Origin: Octopus vulgaris
Lineage: Eukaryota
DNA: 64,000 nt
Assembly (NCBI GenBank): GCA_951406725.2
Contig: OX597821.1
Span: forward strand, 6,138,001-6,202,000
Direction: 5' to 3'
Under the pieces are notes generated by a model that was not told the DNA's origin, did no database searches, and saw only the letters and a list, made by a program, of their open reading frames with translations. Both the position numbers and the translations under genes were made by a program. Position 1 is the stretch's first letter, and each line of letters starts with the position of its first letter. Shown piece by piece: positions 21,701 through 35,600 of the stretch.

Positions 21701-24700
21701 GCAGAGTTTCTGCAGCTGGATGCCCTTCCTAACGCCAACCACTCCGAGAATGTAGTGAGTGCTTTTATGTGCCACTGGCACGAGGGCCAATCAGGCAGTA
21801 CTGGCAACCACTGTTCAGTAATCCCTTGCCATATCGCGGTTTACCTGTCGTGCACTCAATACATTGTGGACTTTTCTGGCCAATAATTGGGAATTTATAT
21901 CACGGGTTTCTGAGGCTGATAAGTATTTGTATTTTTTAGATTTTAATTATTTCTGTGGGAGGTTTTGAAATGTAACATCCGTGATAGTTTAGGGATTATT
22001 GTATCCCCCCAAAAAATCCTATTGTGTTTTTATAATTATTATTACTTCCACCTTAGCAAAGGTGGAGGTATTGTTTTCAGTTGTATTTGAACTGGTGGAT
22101 GGATTTGAATGAATCTTTCAGGGATGTTTGACCACGTGACTGGCATGAACTGATTAGATTTTGGGATCGATCTGGTACCAGACAAGGGTTCTGGATTATT
22201 TTTCCATTTTTTTAACTTAAATTTTGAGAGCAGTCAGGTTCATTTTTAGTATCCTTGTTTGTGAGAGCAGTCAAGTTTATTTCAGTTATTCTCATTTTAA
22301 AAATCATCTCTGGCTAATTGTTGAGAGGATGTTGATGTTGCCTTGGTGGAGGTTTGTGCTCTCTGAGTGCTCTTATTAAGAATTGTACTTAAAAATTTAT
22401 ATATTGGGTGCAAGAGTGGTTGTGTGGTTGGAAGCTTGCTTCCCAACCAAGTGGTTCTGGGTTCAGTCCCACTGCATTGCACCTTGGGCAAGTACTTTCT
22501 ACTATAGCCCTGGGTTGACCAAAGCCTTGTGAGTGGATTTGGTAGATGGAAACTGAAAGAAGCCTCACACACACACACATACACATGTCTGTGCATGTAT
22601 GTGTCTTTCTGTCTGTGTTTATCCTCCACCATCACTCGACAACTTGTGTTGGTGTCTTTATGTCCCCGTAACTTGGCAGTTCAGCAAAAGATACTGATAG
22701 AATAAGTACTGGGCTTAAAAAAAACAAGTCCTGGGTGTTGATTTGTTTGGCAAAAACCCTTCAAGGCAGTGCCCCAGCATGGCCTCAGTCAAATGACTGA
22801 AACAAGTAAAAGATAAAAGATATTTTGTGTATTGTAGAATTATAAGCAGTTAACTACACAAATTTTCACAACAGAGTCTTGTATGGACAACCTGAAAGGC
22901 CGTATGGACCCTGGTTGGGAATCACTGAAACTGGACAATAGATTAAGTGTACCACTTGACTGGGTCACGGCAGGATTTGAACCCAGAATGCAAAGAGCAG
23001 GAACAAATACTACAAGACATCCCATTGATACTGTGACAATTCCAGCAATCTACTACCTTGGAACTTGTACTTTGTTTTTTGACCCTGGAAGGATGAAAGG
23101 GAGAGTTGACCTTGGTGGAATTTGAACTCAGAAAGTAATTGTCTGGAGGCTCTCTCCTTGGCTCATTTATTTGTGAGAGAGGAAAATGTGAGTCATTGAA
23201 AGAGGGAGAAAGAGTGTGAATTTATGAGAGTGACATTGAGTTAGAGAGAGCGAGAAAGTGTGTGTGTGTGTGTGTGTGTGTGCATGGCAGAGTTAGTGAG
23301 TGAGAGGGAGAGTGTGGATGGCAAGAGAGGAGGAGTGACAGTGAGAGAGAAAGAATGACAGTTTGATGTATACATTAGATAGGTAGATAGAGGGGAGGAA
23401 AATAGAGTTACTCTAAGCAAATAAGGCCCTTTTTCAAGAAGCAGGTTGCATAAGACATGGCTCATTTTCAAGGCTAGCCTCACTATTAAAAAAATTCGAG
23501 TTAGCCCATGACTGGTTTAGCTCTTTAGCATTTGAACCGTCCATATCTGGCCAAAATATTCTGTTTTATGTTCAAACTGGCCAGATCTAGCCTCTTACAC
23601 ATAGCTTATAAGGTCATTCTGAAAATATAAAACCATATTGAAATCCCAAAGCTATGAGATAACATATGATTAATTCAAAACCATAGGCGCAGGAGTGGCT
23701 GTGTAGTAAGTAGCTTGCTTACCAACCACATGGTTCCGGGTTCAGTCCCACTGCATGGAACCTTGGGCAAGTGTCTTTTACTATAGCCTTGGGCCGACCA
23801 AAGCTTTGCGAGTGGATTTGGTAGACGGAAACTGAAAGAAGCCCGTTGTGTATATATATATATATGCATGTGTGTGTATATGTTTGTGTGTGTGTGTGTG
23901 TGTGTGTCCCCAACATCGCTTGGCAACCGATGCTGGTGTGTTTACGTCCCTGTAACTTAGCGGTTCAGCAAAAGAGATCAATAGAATAAGTACTGGGGTT
24001 GATTTGCTCGACTAAAGGCGGTGCTCCAGCATGGCCGCAGTCAAAATGACTGAAACAAATAAAAGAGTTAAAGTGTGTTACATTTGACAGAATAATCTGA
24101 AATACTAAAAGGTTAGAGAATGGTTGACTGAAATTCAAATATTTCTTACCATTTCTATGAAACATTGAACAATGTTCCAATATAAATGTTGAGATTTCAA
24201 ATGTTTTGCTGTTGTTATATCTTTTACAGGGTCTGTGTAGTTTCTATGAGAAGAACTCTTCATCCAACAACAAGACTGAACTGATCCCTATTTACGAAAA
24301 ACTTCAGGTCTTGTATGAAAGGTATGTGTTCTTTCCCAACGTTCAGTCTTTCATACAAATAGACATACGTATATGCACATTTCAAGAGTTATTGCCCTTT
24401 CATCAGCACTACACCCACCCCTTATGAAATATGCGTATACACCTATTACCCTATTCTTTACTGCATTCTGCAAGAACATGTCTGACAAAGGGGAAAAGTA
24501 TTACTTTGCTTGGACACAGATGCGTATTGGTGACAGGACGAGCTTTTAGCTAAAGAAAATTTGCCTCCACAAATTCCATCTGACCCATACAAAAAGGCAT
24601 TAAATTATAATGATGATATAACGTTCATTTTTGTAAGATTTTAGAGTGTGATTTGAGAGAGATTTTACTGTTGTATCTAACATGTCAAGTGACCCCATAA

Positions 24701-27700
24701 TTTTCATTTTGCTTGCTGGCTGCAGCAAAAAGGGCTGAGGTCTATTGTTTTGTACTTTCTGTTAAAATAATGATCTCTTTCTCCCAGTTGTCACAGGAAA
24801 CAGTTAATACTAAATGCTTAATGTTCCTCAAATCGCACCCTACCATCTTAGAAAAGGACATGTTAAATAAGTGGCAAGGCTGGGAGGGCATGATGAAGGT
24901 GTTCCACTCTGAGGTACTTTTATGGGGGCAGCACATTTGGGTCTGCTGTAGAAGTCTGTATGGTGGGTATGCTACTGTACATAGGAAAAAGTTCGGATGA
25001 CCACTACTAGAACGCCTTTGAATACCTTTGCTCAATCAGGGTTGACCAGAGGCTAAACAACAACATCGATTTGAAGCATGTAACCAACAGAGCCTCTCTA
25101 TGGTCCCTTGATCTTCAAGAAATAACAGTCAAGTCACCCCCCAACTATCATGTTACTGTTTTATTTAAAGGAAAAAGAGATTTGTTAGTGTAGTTTTAAA
25201 TGCCCTTAAGAAGATGGGGTGATCACAACTGGAGCGTCTTCGATCATAGGTCTGCTTGATTGGTGTTGTCTTGGGGCTAAATAGCAACCTAAACAGCAAC
25301 AACTCAAACCATCTCAATCTTTTATATTTGACTTGTTTCAATCAGTAGACTGCGACCTTGCTGGAGCACTGCCTTCAAGTGTCTTAGTCAGATTGACTGA
25401 TTCCAGTGCTTATATTTCAAGCCTGTTGCTTATTCTCTAAGTCCCTTTTGCCAAGTTACAGAGACATAAACAAACCAACACCTGTTCTCAAGCAGTAGGT
25501 GTCTAACACAGGTACAAAAGTGCACACACACACACTACAGGCACACATATATACACCACACACTCACACATACACACCTGTGACAGGCTTCCACACAGTT
25601 TCCATCTACCAAATTCACTCAAAAGACTATAGAAGAAGACACTTGCCCAAAGTGCCATACAGTGGTATTGAACCTGAAACCCTGTGATTGCAAAGTGAAC
25701 TTCTTAACCACACAACCATACCTGCACCTATAGTTTCTTCCTGTAATCACCATTCTCATTTAACATCCATTACCCATGCTGGCTGGCAGATGGTTGGACG
25801 GTTTGACCAGGGCTGGCAAGCCGAGGGGCTGCACCAGACTCTTGTCTGATTTGGCATGGTTTCTACAGCTGGCTGCCCTTCCTAATGCCAACCACTCTAA
25901 GAGTGTAATTACAATTATCATATTATTACTATTGTTGTTGTTGTTGTTGTTGTTATATGGACTTTTGTTTTATTGTTTTAGTGAGAAAGACAAACAGTTG
26001 GAAGTCTTGAAGAAATATGTTTCTCTCTGTTCTGAGCTTGGATTTGTTGAGAAGGTGAGTAGGCAGGGTTCGGTAAAGGTTCTCTTGTCTTATAGACATC
26101 GTTGATACTATTACCATCATCATCATCATCATCATCATCAGTGATAGCAGTGGTTGCGATAATACTATCGTCAAAATTGTCATCACCATCACCGTTGTCT
26201 TTGTTGTCATCATCATCATCATCATCGTCAGAGTGATCACAACCACCATTTTCACTGCTCTCATTATCACCACAACCGTCACCAACATTATCAGTTATCA
26301 CAGCCACTGCTATCATCATCATCATCGTTTAGCGTCCACTTTCCATGCTAGCATGGGTTGGACGGTTCAACTGGGGTCTGGGAAGCCAGAAGGCTGCATC
26401 AGGCCCAGTTTGATCTGGCAATGTTTCTACGGCTGGATGCTCTTCCTAACGCCAACCACTCCATGAGTGTAGTGGGTGCTTTTTACGTGCCAGACGAGTC
26501 TGGCAAACGGCCACGATCAGATGGTGCTTTTTATGTGCCACCGGCACGGGGGCCAGGCGAGGCTGGCAACGGACACGAACGGATGGTGCTTTTTAACATT
26601 ATATCTCAATAACGCTATATCTGCTACCACCATCATTTCTGTTATCACAACCACCACCACCACCGTCTCAATTACCTCTAATACAACCACTCACCATTGC
26701 CACCACCATCAGTTACAACCCCCGCTACCATTCGCACCATCACCACCACTACAAGTTTAGTTATCCCAGCCACCACCAACATCACTGTTATTGTAGTTAT
26801 CACAAGCATTGTTCTAACCCCTTCGATTGTCTACCATTATTAATACAATTATCATCACCATCAAAAAATCAAAAATCAAAAGTCAAAAATCAAAATCAAT
26901 CAAAATCAATGGAAATTGTCGCTGTGATATCAGTGCTGGTGGCACATAAGAGAACCATCCGAATGTGGCCGTAGCCAGTGCCGCCCTGACTGGCTTCCGT
27001 GCTGATGGCACGTAAAAAGCACCATCCGACCGTGGCTGTTTGCCAGACTTGTCTGGCACCTGTGCAGGTGGCACGTAAAAAGCACCCACTACACTCATGG
27101 AGTGGTTGGCGTTAGGAAGGGCATCCAGCCGTAGAAACATTGCCAGATCAGACTGGGCCTGGTGCAGCCTTCTGGCTTCCCAGACCCCAGTTGCACTGTC
27201 CAACCCATGCCAGCATGGAAAGCGGACGCTAAACGATGATGATGATGATTACCATCATCACAACCAATATCTTACTTATCACAATCACCGCTGACCACAA
27301 CCATCTCTACCATTGTCACCACTCAGCAGTAGAAAGTCTGCCAGATCAGATTGGAGCCTGGTGCAGCCATCTGGTTCGCCAGACCTCAGTCAAATCGTCC
27401 AACCCATGCTAGCATGGAAAGCGGATGTTAAACGATAATGATGATGATGATGATGATCACAGTAATTGTCACCGTTACCATTGCTATGATGCTCACAGCC
27501 ATTCCCATCATCATCACCACCACCACCATCACCATTCCAATTACCACTACCATCAATTTGTTAAATAGTAATTAAAAACAAAGACTTTATTCTTCATTAT
27601 TCTGGAACTTCAGGGTGGCAGCAGACTGGCAGAATTGTTAGCCTGGTGAGCAGAGTGTTTTGCTGAATTTTCATCTGTCTTTATGTCCTGAGTTCAAATT

Positions 27701-29878
27701 CCACTGAGGTCAACTTTGCCTTTCATCCTTTTAGGGTTGATAAAATAAGTACCTGTTTGAACACTGTAATCGACTGACCCCTTTCTATGAAATTTCAGGC
27801 CTTGTGCTTATAGTAGAAAAGATTATTCTGGAACTTTTATTTATGTAACAGGCTACGTGGTAAGAAGCTTGCTTCCAAACCATGTGCTTCTGGGTTCAGT
27901 CCCACTGCACGGTGCATTGGGCAAGTGTCTTCTACTATAGCCTTGGGCTGACCAAAGTCTTGTGAGTGAACTTGGTTGATGGAAACAGGAAGAAGCTCAT
28001 CGTACACACACACACACACACATGTATATATGTATGTGTGTGTGCGTGTGTGTTTATGTCTGTTTGTCCCCCTGCTGCTGCTTGACAACTGGTGTTGGTG
28101 TGTTTATGTCCCCGTAAATTAGCAGTTTGGCAAATGAGACCGAAAGAATAAGTACCAGACTTAACAAAATGAATCAACTGCGGTCGATTCATTTAACAAA
28201 AAAAAAAAATTCTTCAAGGTAGTGCCCCAGCATGGCCACAGTCTAATGACTGAAACAAGTGAAAGATAAAAGATAAAAACTCTTCATTGTATTCTTCTTC
28301 ATATTCTTCCAGGCTATTCCTGTCTACCAGAAACTTGTGTGTTTGTCTGGTGAGTCTTCTACCGAGAGTGTCAAACTACTCCAAGACATGTCACAACTTC
28401 TCAACAAACATAAAGAGATATCTGAACAATATGGAAATGTTGTGAGTATCTTGGTTCCCATCAAAGCATTTCTCTCTTATTTAATCAAAGTACCTTTTTG
28501 TTGATTCTGGTTTATTTTCATCAATAATCTCACGGTCAGCTGACATGGCTCAGTCCTAAATTTTATTTTCAAAACGATGAGGAAGCAGACCAGAACAACT
28601 TACAATATTTATTTTTGTACAATAGACACTTTTTTTACTTGAAAAAAATATGATTGTATAATTACCACTATGCTGATTTTATAGTCTAAACATGTAAATT
28701 TCAAAGGTCACTTTCAAATTTGCTTTTTGCTTAGCTTAGGTTATGAAGATGTATTTTATACAGCAATTATAATAAATCTGACTAGGTACATCTATTTTTA
28801 TACATTGTAATTCTGAAGAAAAGTCAGAAGTCATTCATTGTGTGTCGTACATAAGAGCAATGTTGTCTCTAATTGTTTGTAGTCAGTTTGTCCAAAACTC
28901 TTTATTGTGGAACTTTTTTTCCTGCGACAAAAGTATGTAAGCACTGAATACACAAGTATAATTATTACTAAATTATTTTACATAATTAACCTCTTCACAT
29001 TAATTACAGGTGTGCAATGGTAGCCAAATGTGTGCACACTCAGAAACGCACATTCACACACATATACTTGGAGCTTAAAGGGAACAGTGCAGGGAAAATA
29101 TTTTCCAAAATTTCATTACCCCTAATTACAGGTGTGCATTATTCACAAGTGCAGGTAATACATAAGTAAATACATTATTTCTCAAGAGATTATGATGGGT
29201 TAATTTTTGCCACATGATACTACTGAGTGAGACGTGGCCTAAGCATTTTCACTTATTCTCAAGGAAATCATTTTAAAATTCAAGCAGTAGTTTAGAGATA
29301 TCTCTAAAAATATTTGCTCAGCAAATAATAAAAACATTGATTTGCGAAGACAGTTCAAAATATGATTAAACTATCAGAGAAATATGCACTTGTTAAGGTT
29401 TTGCACTCGACTTTAAGGAACCTTCACCTTTGCCCTTTCTGATTGGGACACCGTTCTACATACACTCATCATTATCATAATTTATCATCTGTTTTCCATG
29501 CTGGCATGAGTTGGATGGTTCAAGAGGAGCTGGTGAGCCAGAGGGCTGCACAAAGCTCCATTGTCTGCTTTGGCATGGTTTCTATGGCTGGATGCCCTCT
29601 TAACACTGTGTAAAAAACAAAAAACAAATGGGGTGGTCATAACAGGTCTAGTAGATCAGGACTGACTTGGAGCTAAAAAAGAACAAGGACTTTTATATAG
29701 AAACTATAATACACACACAGGAGTGGCTGTGTGGTAAGTAGCTTGCTAACCAACCACATGGTTCCGGGTTCAGTCCCACTGCGTGGCATCTTGGGCAAGT
29801 GTCTTCTGCTATAACCCCGGGCCGACCAATGCCTTGTGAGTGGATTTGGTTGACGGAAACTGAAAGAAGCCTGTCGTA

Positions 29879-29921
<43 letters not shown>

Positions 29922-32596
29922 TTGTGTGTCTGTGTTTGTCCCCCTAGCATTGTTTGACAACCGATGCTGGTGTGTTTACGTCTCCGCCACTTAGCGGTTC
30001 GGCAAAAGAGACCGATAGAATAAGTACTGGGCTTACAAAGAATAAGTCCCGGGGTCGATTAGCTCGACTAAAGGCGGTGCTCCAGCATGGCCGCAGTCAA
30101 ATGACTGAAACAAGTAAAAGAGTAAGAGTATCTAAAAGGTGACACACCATTTTTAAGAAGACAGAATTATTACTTAGATTTCTTAATATGGGGACTGCTT
30201 TGAACCATTATCTTTCCTTTAATTTTTATCTTAAAATTCTTCAATAAAGATTTTTTGCTTTGCTTATTTCCAAGCTTATTTCCAACTATCGCAAAGCACT
30301 GGATAACAAGGACTTACCTGCTGACGACAAGAAATGGCTGGCAGCTAATTATATATTCAGTTTATTAAAGGTAAGTGTGAAAGTCTAATAAAGTCCAAAA
30401 ATAAAAGACTAACTAGTTAGTCTAATAAATGTCACTTGGATCTCCTTGACTGGGTTCAGAAGCAAGTCTCTAATTTGATTGACCCCGTCTCGTGCTTCAA
30501 CTCTGCAACCCTTGTCACATTGATGTGATGTCACTAGTTTTAGTCTTTTCATCAGGTAGTGCTCTGATGAACTTTCGTAGTTCCAGATCACTTTGTACCA
30601 TCTTGTCTGACTCAAAACTCACAGTGTCTTCATCCTAATGCTGTTGTGCTTCCACAAATAAGGAAGTCCTTCCATGGTTGTAGCCTTTTTTTGAACTGCC
30701 AGACTTTGGAACTGTCTTCCATCTCATTGTTTTCCTCCTTCACATGACCAGAACTCTTTCAAGTCTAAAGTAAATTCATTCCTTTTGTTTTAATTTCTCT
30801 TTCTTCATAGTCCTTTTCTCTAAGTGAGTTCTTGCCTTGTTTAGGACCAAAAAAAAAGCGGATGCTGACATGGTCACGAGGTAAAGAAGTTTGCTTCACA
30901 ACTTCATGGCTTCAGGTTCAAACCTGCTGTTTGGTACTATAGACAACTGTCTTCTGCAATGGTAAGAAAATGGTTAGAAAATGGCAAATTGACCGAACCA
31001 GTGAAGCATTGGACAAAAATTCTTTTGCTCTGGGTGTTTACATTCTGAGTTCAAATCCCCTGAAGGTCAACATTATCTTTCATCCTTTAAGGATCAATAG
31101 ATGGCGGTTTAGCTGTGTGGTTAAGAATTCACTTTGCAATTGCATAATTTTGGATTTAGTCCTATGCACAGCATCTTGAGCAAGTGTCTTCTATCATAGC
31201 CATGGGTCAACAGATGACTTGTGAGTGTATTTGGTGGATGAAAATGTGGAAGTTTATTATGTGTGAATGCACATACACATAATTGCACATCATCATCATT
31301 ATCATCATTTAACATCCATTTTCCATGCTGGCATAGGTTGGATGGTTTGATAGGGGTTGGCCAGCCGAGGGGCTGCCCAGACTCCAATTGTCTGTTGTGG
31401 CATGGTTTCTATGACTAGAGGTCCTTCCTAACCCCAACCACTTTACAGAGTGTGCTAGGTGTTTTTTACATGCCACTAGCACAGGTGCATTTACGCAGCA
31501 CCGGCACCTGTGCATTTTATGTGGCATAACCACCTGTAAAGTACGAGCTTGTATATATGGGTGACAGTGATTTTACATAGATTGAAACATCTTCTCAAGC
31601 ACAGCAAATTGCCACAACTCCTGGTCCCTTATCATTTTCTCGGTGAGGCCCTGTGTCTGAAGATCCTTTCTCACCACTTCATCCCATATCTTCCTGGGTC
31701 GATCCTTTCCACAGGTACCCTCCACAGTTAGAGCTCAGCACTTCTTTATGCAGCTGTCTTCATCCATATGCATCATCATCATCATCATCATCATCATCGT
31801 TTAACGTCTGTTTTCCGCGCTAGCATGCGTTGGATGGTTCAACCAGGGTCTGGGAAGCCAGGGGCTGCACCAGGCTCCAGTCTGATCTGGCAGTGTTTCT
31901 ACAGCTGGATGCCCTTCCTAACGCCAACCACTCCGCGAGTGTAGTGGGTGCTTTTTACGTGCCACCTGCACAGGTGCCAGGGGGGTCTTGCATCGGCCAT
32001 GATCGGATGGTGCTTTTAACGTGCCACCGGCACAGAAGCCAGCCAAGGCGGCGCTGGCATCGGCCACGTTCGGATGGTGCTTTTTATGTGCCTTTTTATG
32101 TGCCTTTTATGCATAACATAACTAAACCAACAGTCTCCCTTGCATGGGTGGGACAAACACACAAACAACAAACACATGCACATATATATATACATATACA
32201 TGTATACGACGGGCTTCTATCAGTTTCCGTCTAACAAATCCATTCACAAGGCTTTGGTCGGCCCGAGGCTATAGTAGAAGACATTTGCCCAAGTTGCCAC
32301 ACAGTGGGACTGAACCTGGAACCATGTGATTGGTAAGCAAGCTACTTACCACACAATCACTTTTGCACCTATTTTTTTTAAAGTTAATTGTAAACAGGAG
32401 TGGCTGTGTGGTAAGTAGCTTGCTAACCAACCACATGGTTCCGGGTTCAGTCCCACTGCGTGGCATCTTGGGCAAGTGTTTTCTGCTATAGCCCCAGGCC
32501 GACCAATGCCTTATGAGTCGATTTGGTAGATGGAAACTGAAAGAAGCCTGTCGTATATATATATTATATTAAATTAGAGACAAAACCACTATTAGG

Positions 32597-32640
<44 letters not shown>

Positions 32641-35600
32641 TGTGTGTAGGTTTGTGTGTCTGTGTTTGTCCCCCTAGCATTGCTTGACAACCGATGCTGG
32701 TGTGTTTACGTCCCCGTCACTTCGCGGTAGGGCAAAAGAGACCGATAGAATAAGTACTGGGCTTACAAAGAATAAGTCCCGGGGTCGATTTGCTCGACTA
32801 AAGGTGATGCTCCGGCATGGCCGCAGTCAAATGACTGAAACAAGTAAAAGAGTAAAAGAGTGCCGTAAACCAGAAACACCTGTAACAATTCAGGGCTGTG
32901 GCTCGGTGGAATTGTTAATGTTGAACTAAATGCTATCTGCTATTTGTTCTGGTTTTTTTCATCCAGAGTACCCAAGTAGGTGTAGGGTTGACTTGTCAGT
33001 ATCTGGTATGTCTAGTAAAAAAAGACCCAAAGGATGGTAGCAGAAGATAAACTTTGTATTCTCCAAATAGAAATTTCATAACAAACACATAGCACTAGTC
33101 AAAAAAAGTCACTAACGGTCATTTTATTGACCTGACACAGAAAGGAAAATGGTGCTAAGATATAAATCGTTGACCGAGGTTGTGGATCACATTTCAGAAC
33201 ATTGTTCTTGGTTTGGTTTCCAGTTAAAACCAAGTCTCTTGTGTTCTTTGAGTTTCCTACTTCATTATATTCCTTACCTCTGATATCTGCGTATTTTACA
33301 TATGCTTGACACCTGTATGTTTTATATGTTGGTTTCAAATTTTGGCTCAAGGCCGGCAATTTCAGGGGGTGGAATTAAGTCAATTACCTCAACCCAAGTA
33401 CTCAATTAGTACTTCTTTTGTCGTCTCTAAAAGGATGAAAGGCAAAGTTGACCTTAGCAGAATTTGAACTCAGAATGTAAACACGAACAAAATGTCATTA
33501 AGCATTCAGCAAAGTGTGCTAACAATTCTGCCAGCTCATCGACTTTGTATATTTTATATATTACCTCCTGATACCTTTATGTTTTATCTGTTGCCCACTG
33601 ACAAATATATGTTTTAGCTCATACCTTTGATACCTGTATGTTTATTAATTACACCTATATTTTATATTTGTTACCCTGATACCTGTATGTGTTATCCATT
33701 TTTCCTAACACCTGTATGTATTATCCATTATCCCTGACACCTATATACTTATTCATTACACCTGTATTTCTTTGACACCTACATTTTGTATTTGTTACCC
33801 TGACACCTGTATGTTTGATACATTTATACATTATCCCTAACACCTGTATGTGTTATCCATTATCCCTGGTACCTGTATGCTTTATTCATTACCCCTGACA
33901 CCTGTATTTATTATTTATTGCCCCTGATATCTGTAGCAAATGCGCATGGCTTAGTGGTTAGAATATTTGGCTCAAAATTGTAAGGTGGGGAGTTCAATTC
34001 CTGGTGGTGTGTTGTGTCCTTGAGCGAGACACTTTATTTCATGTTGCTCCAGTCCACTCAGCTGGCACAAATGAGTTGCACCTGTATTTCAAAGGGCCAG
34101 CCATGTCACATTCTGTGTCATGCTGAATCTCCCTGAGAACTACATTGAGGGTTTACACATGTCTGTGGAGTACTCAGCCACTTGCACACAGGTTGATTTC
34201 ACAAGCAAGCTGTTCTGTTGATTGGATCAACTGTGACACACATTATCATAACTAATGGAATGCCAGATATTTGTATGTGTTATCCATTATACCTGACACC
34301 TGTATAGTTAATCCATTACTCTTTGATACCTCTATGTTTTATCCTTATTTGACACCTGTAAGTTTTATATGTTATTCCTAATACCTGTACATTTTATTCA
34401 TTACATTTGATCCCTGAATGTTTCTAAATTGTTATTACTTTTGTTTTTTCTAGAATGGAGATCAAGAATTTCTCATGTCAGAAATATCTCAACTGAAAGA
34501 TTCTGATCCAGATAACAGTACTGTTATAGAATATTGTTTGTTAATCGAACTGGACTCAAAAATTGGTCAGTAGATTTTTGTTGTTGTTTTCTTCTATAAT
34601 TTCTTTCTTTATAAATGCTATTTTTTGTGGTACGTTTTAGTTGTTGCTTAGTTCTAAGTCACTCCATATTGAGCAACCTATCATCAGAGATGTTCGAACC
34701 ATGGCCATCCTATCTTTTTAAAGAAATGTATGTTTGACCAAAGACAAGGTATTTCATGTGGACCAAAGACTTGAGGTGGTATTTCGTGTGGACCAAAGAC
34801 TTGAGGTATTTTGTGTTGCAAGACAGTGTGTGAGAGAGAATCGTGATGTGTTAAGAGAGAAATGTGTTCGCATGGATGATGGCTCACTTGCGCTAAATGA
34901 GGATGCAAAGAGAGAGGTTTGGAGATGCCATTATGAAAGGTTGCTGAATAAAGAAAATGAATGGGATAAAGAGAGTCTGCCGAATGTCGACCCAACAGAG
35001 GGACCACCTATCCGAGTTGACAGTACCTTGGTAGATAAAGCAATTAGAAGTATGAAGACAGGGAAAGCCCTGGCAGGAATTACTGCAGAGATGCTCAAAA
35101 TATCTGGCAGTGTCGGCTATAGCCTAGTCACCCGTATAGTTAACCAGGTGATACATGAAGGAGTCATACCCAATGACTGGTGTAGCAGCATAATAGTCAA
35201 CTGCTACAAAGGTAAAGGTGACGATTTAGATACAAATAATTACATAGGTATCAAGCTGTTGGATCAGGTAATGAAGGTCACGGAGAGGGTCATAGCCCAA
35301 CTGATTAGGGAGAGAGTCAGCTCGGATGAGGTGCAGTTTGGTTTCATGCCAGGGAAAAGCACCACTGATGCCATATTTCTGGTGAGACAGCTGCAGGAGA
35401 AATACCTAGCCAAAGATAAGCCCCTGTACCTGGCTTTCGTTGACACGGAGAAAGTCTTTGACAGAGTCCCCTGATCTCTTATCTGGTGGTCAATGAGGAA
35501 ACTAGGGATAGATGAATGGTTAGTGAGAGCTGTGCAAGCCATATACAGGGATGCTGTAAGTAAGGTGAGGGTTGGCAACGAGTACACTGAAGAATTCAGG

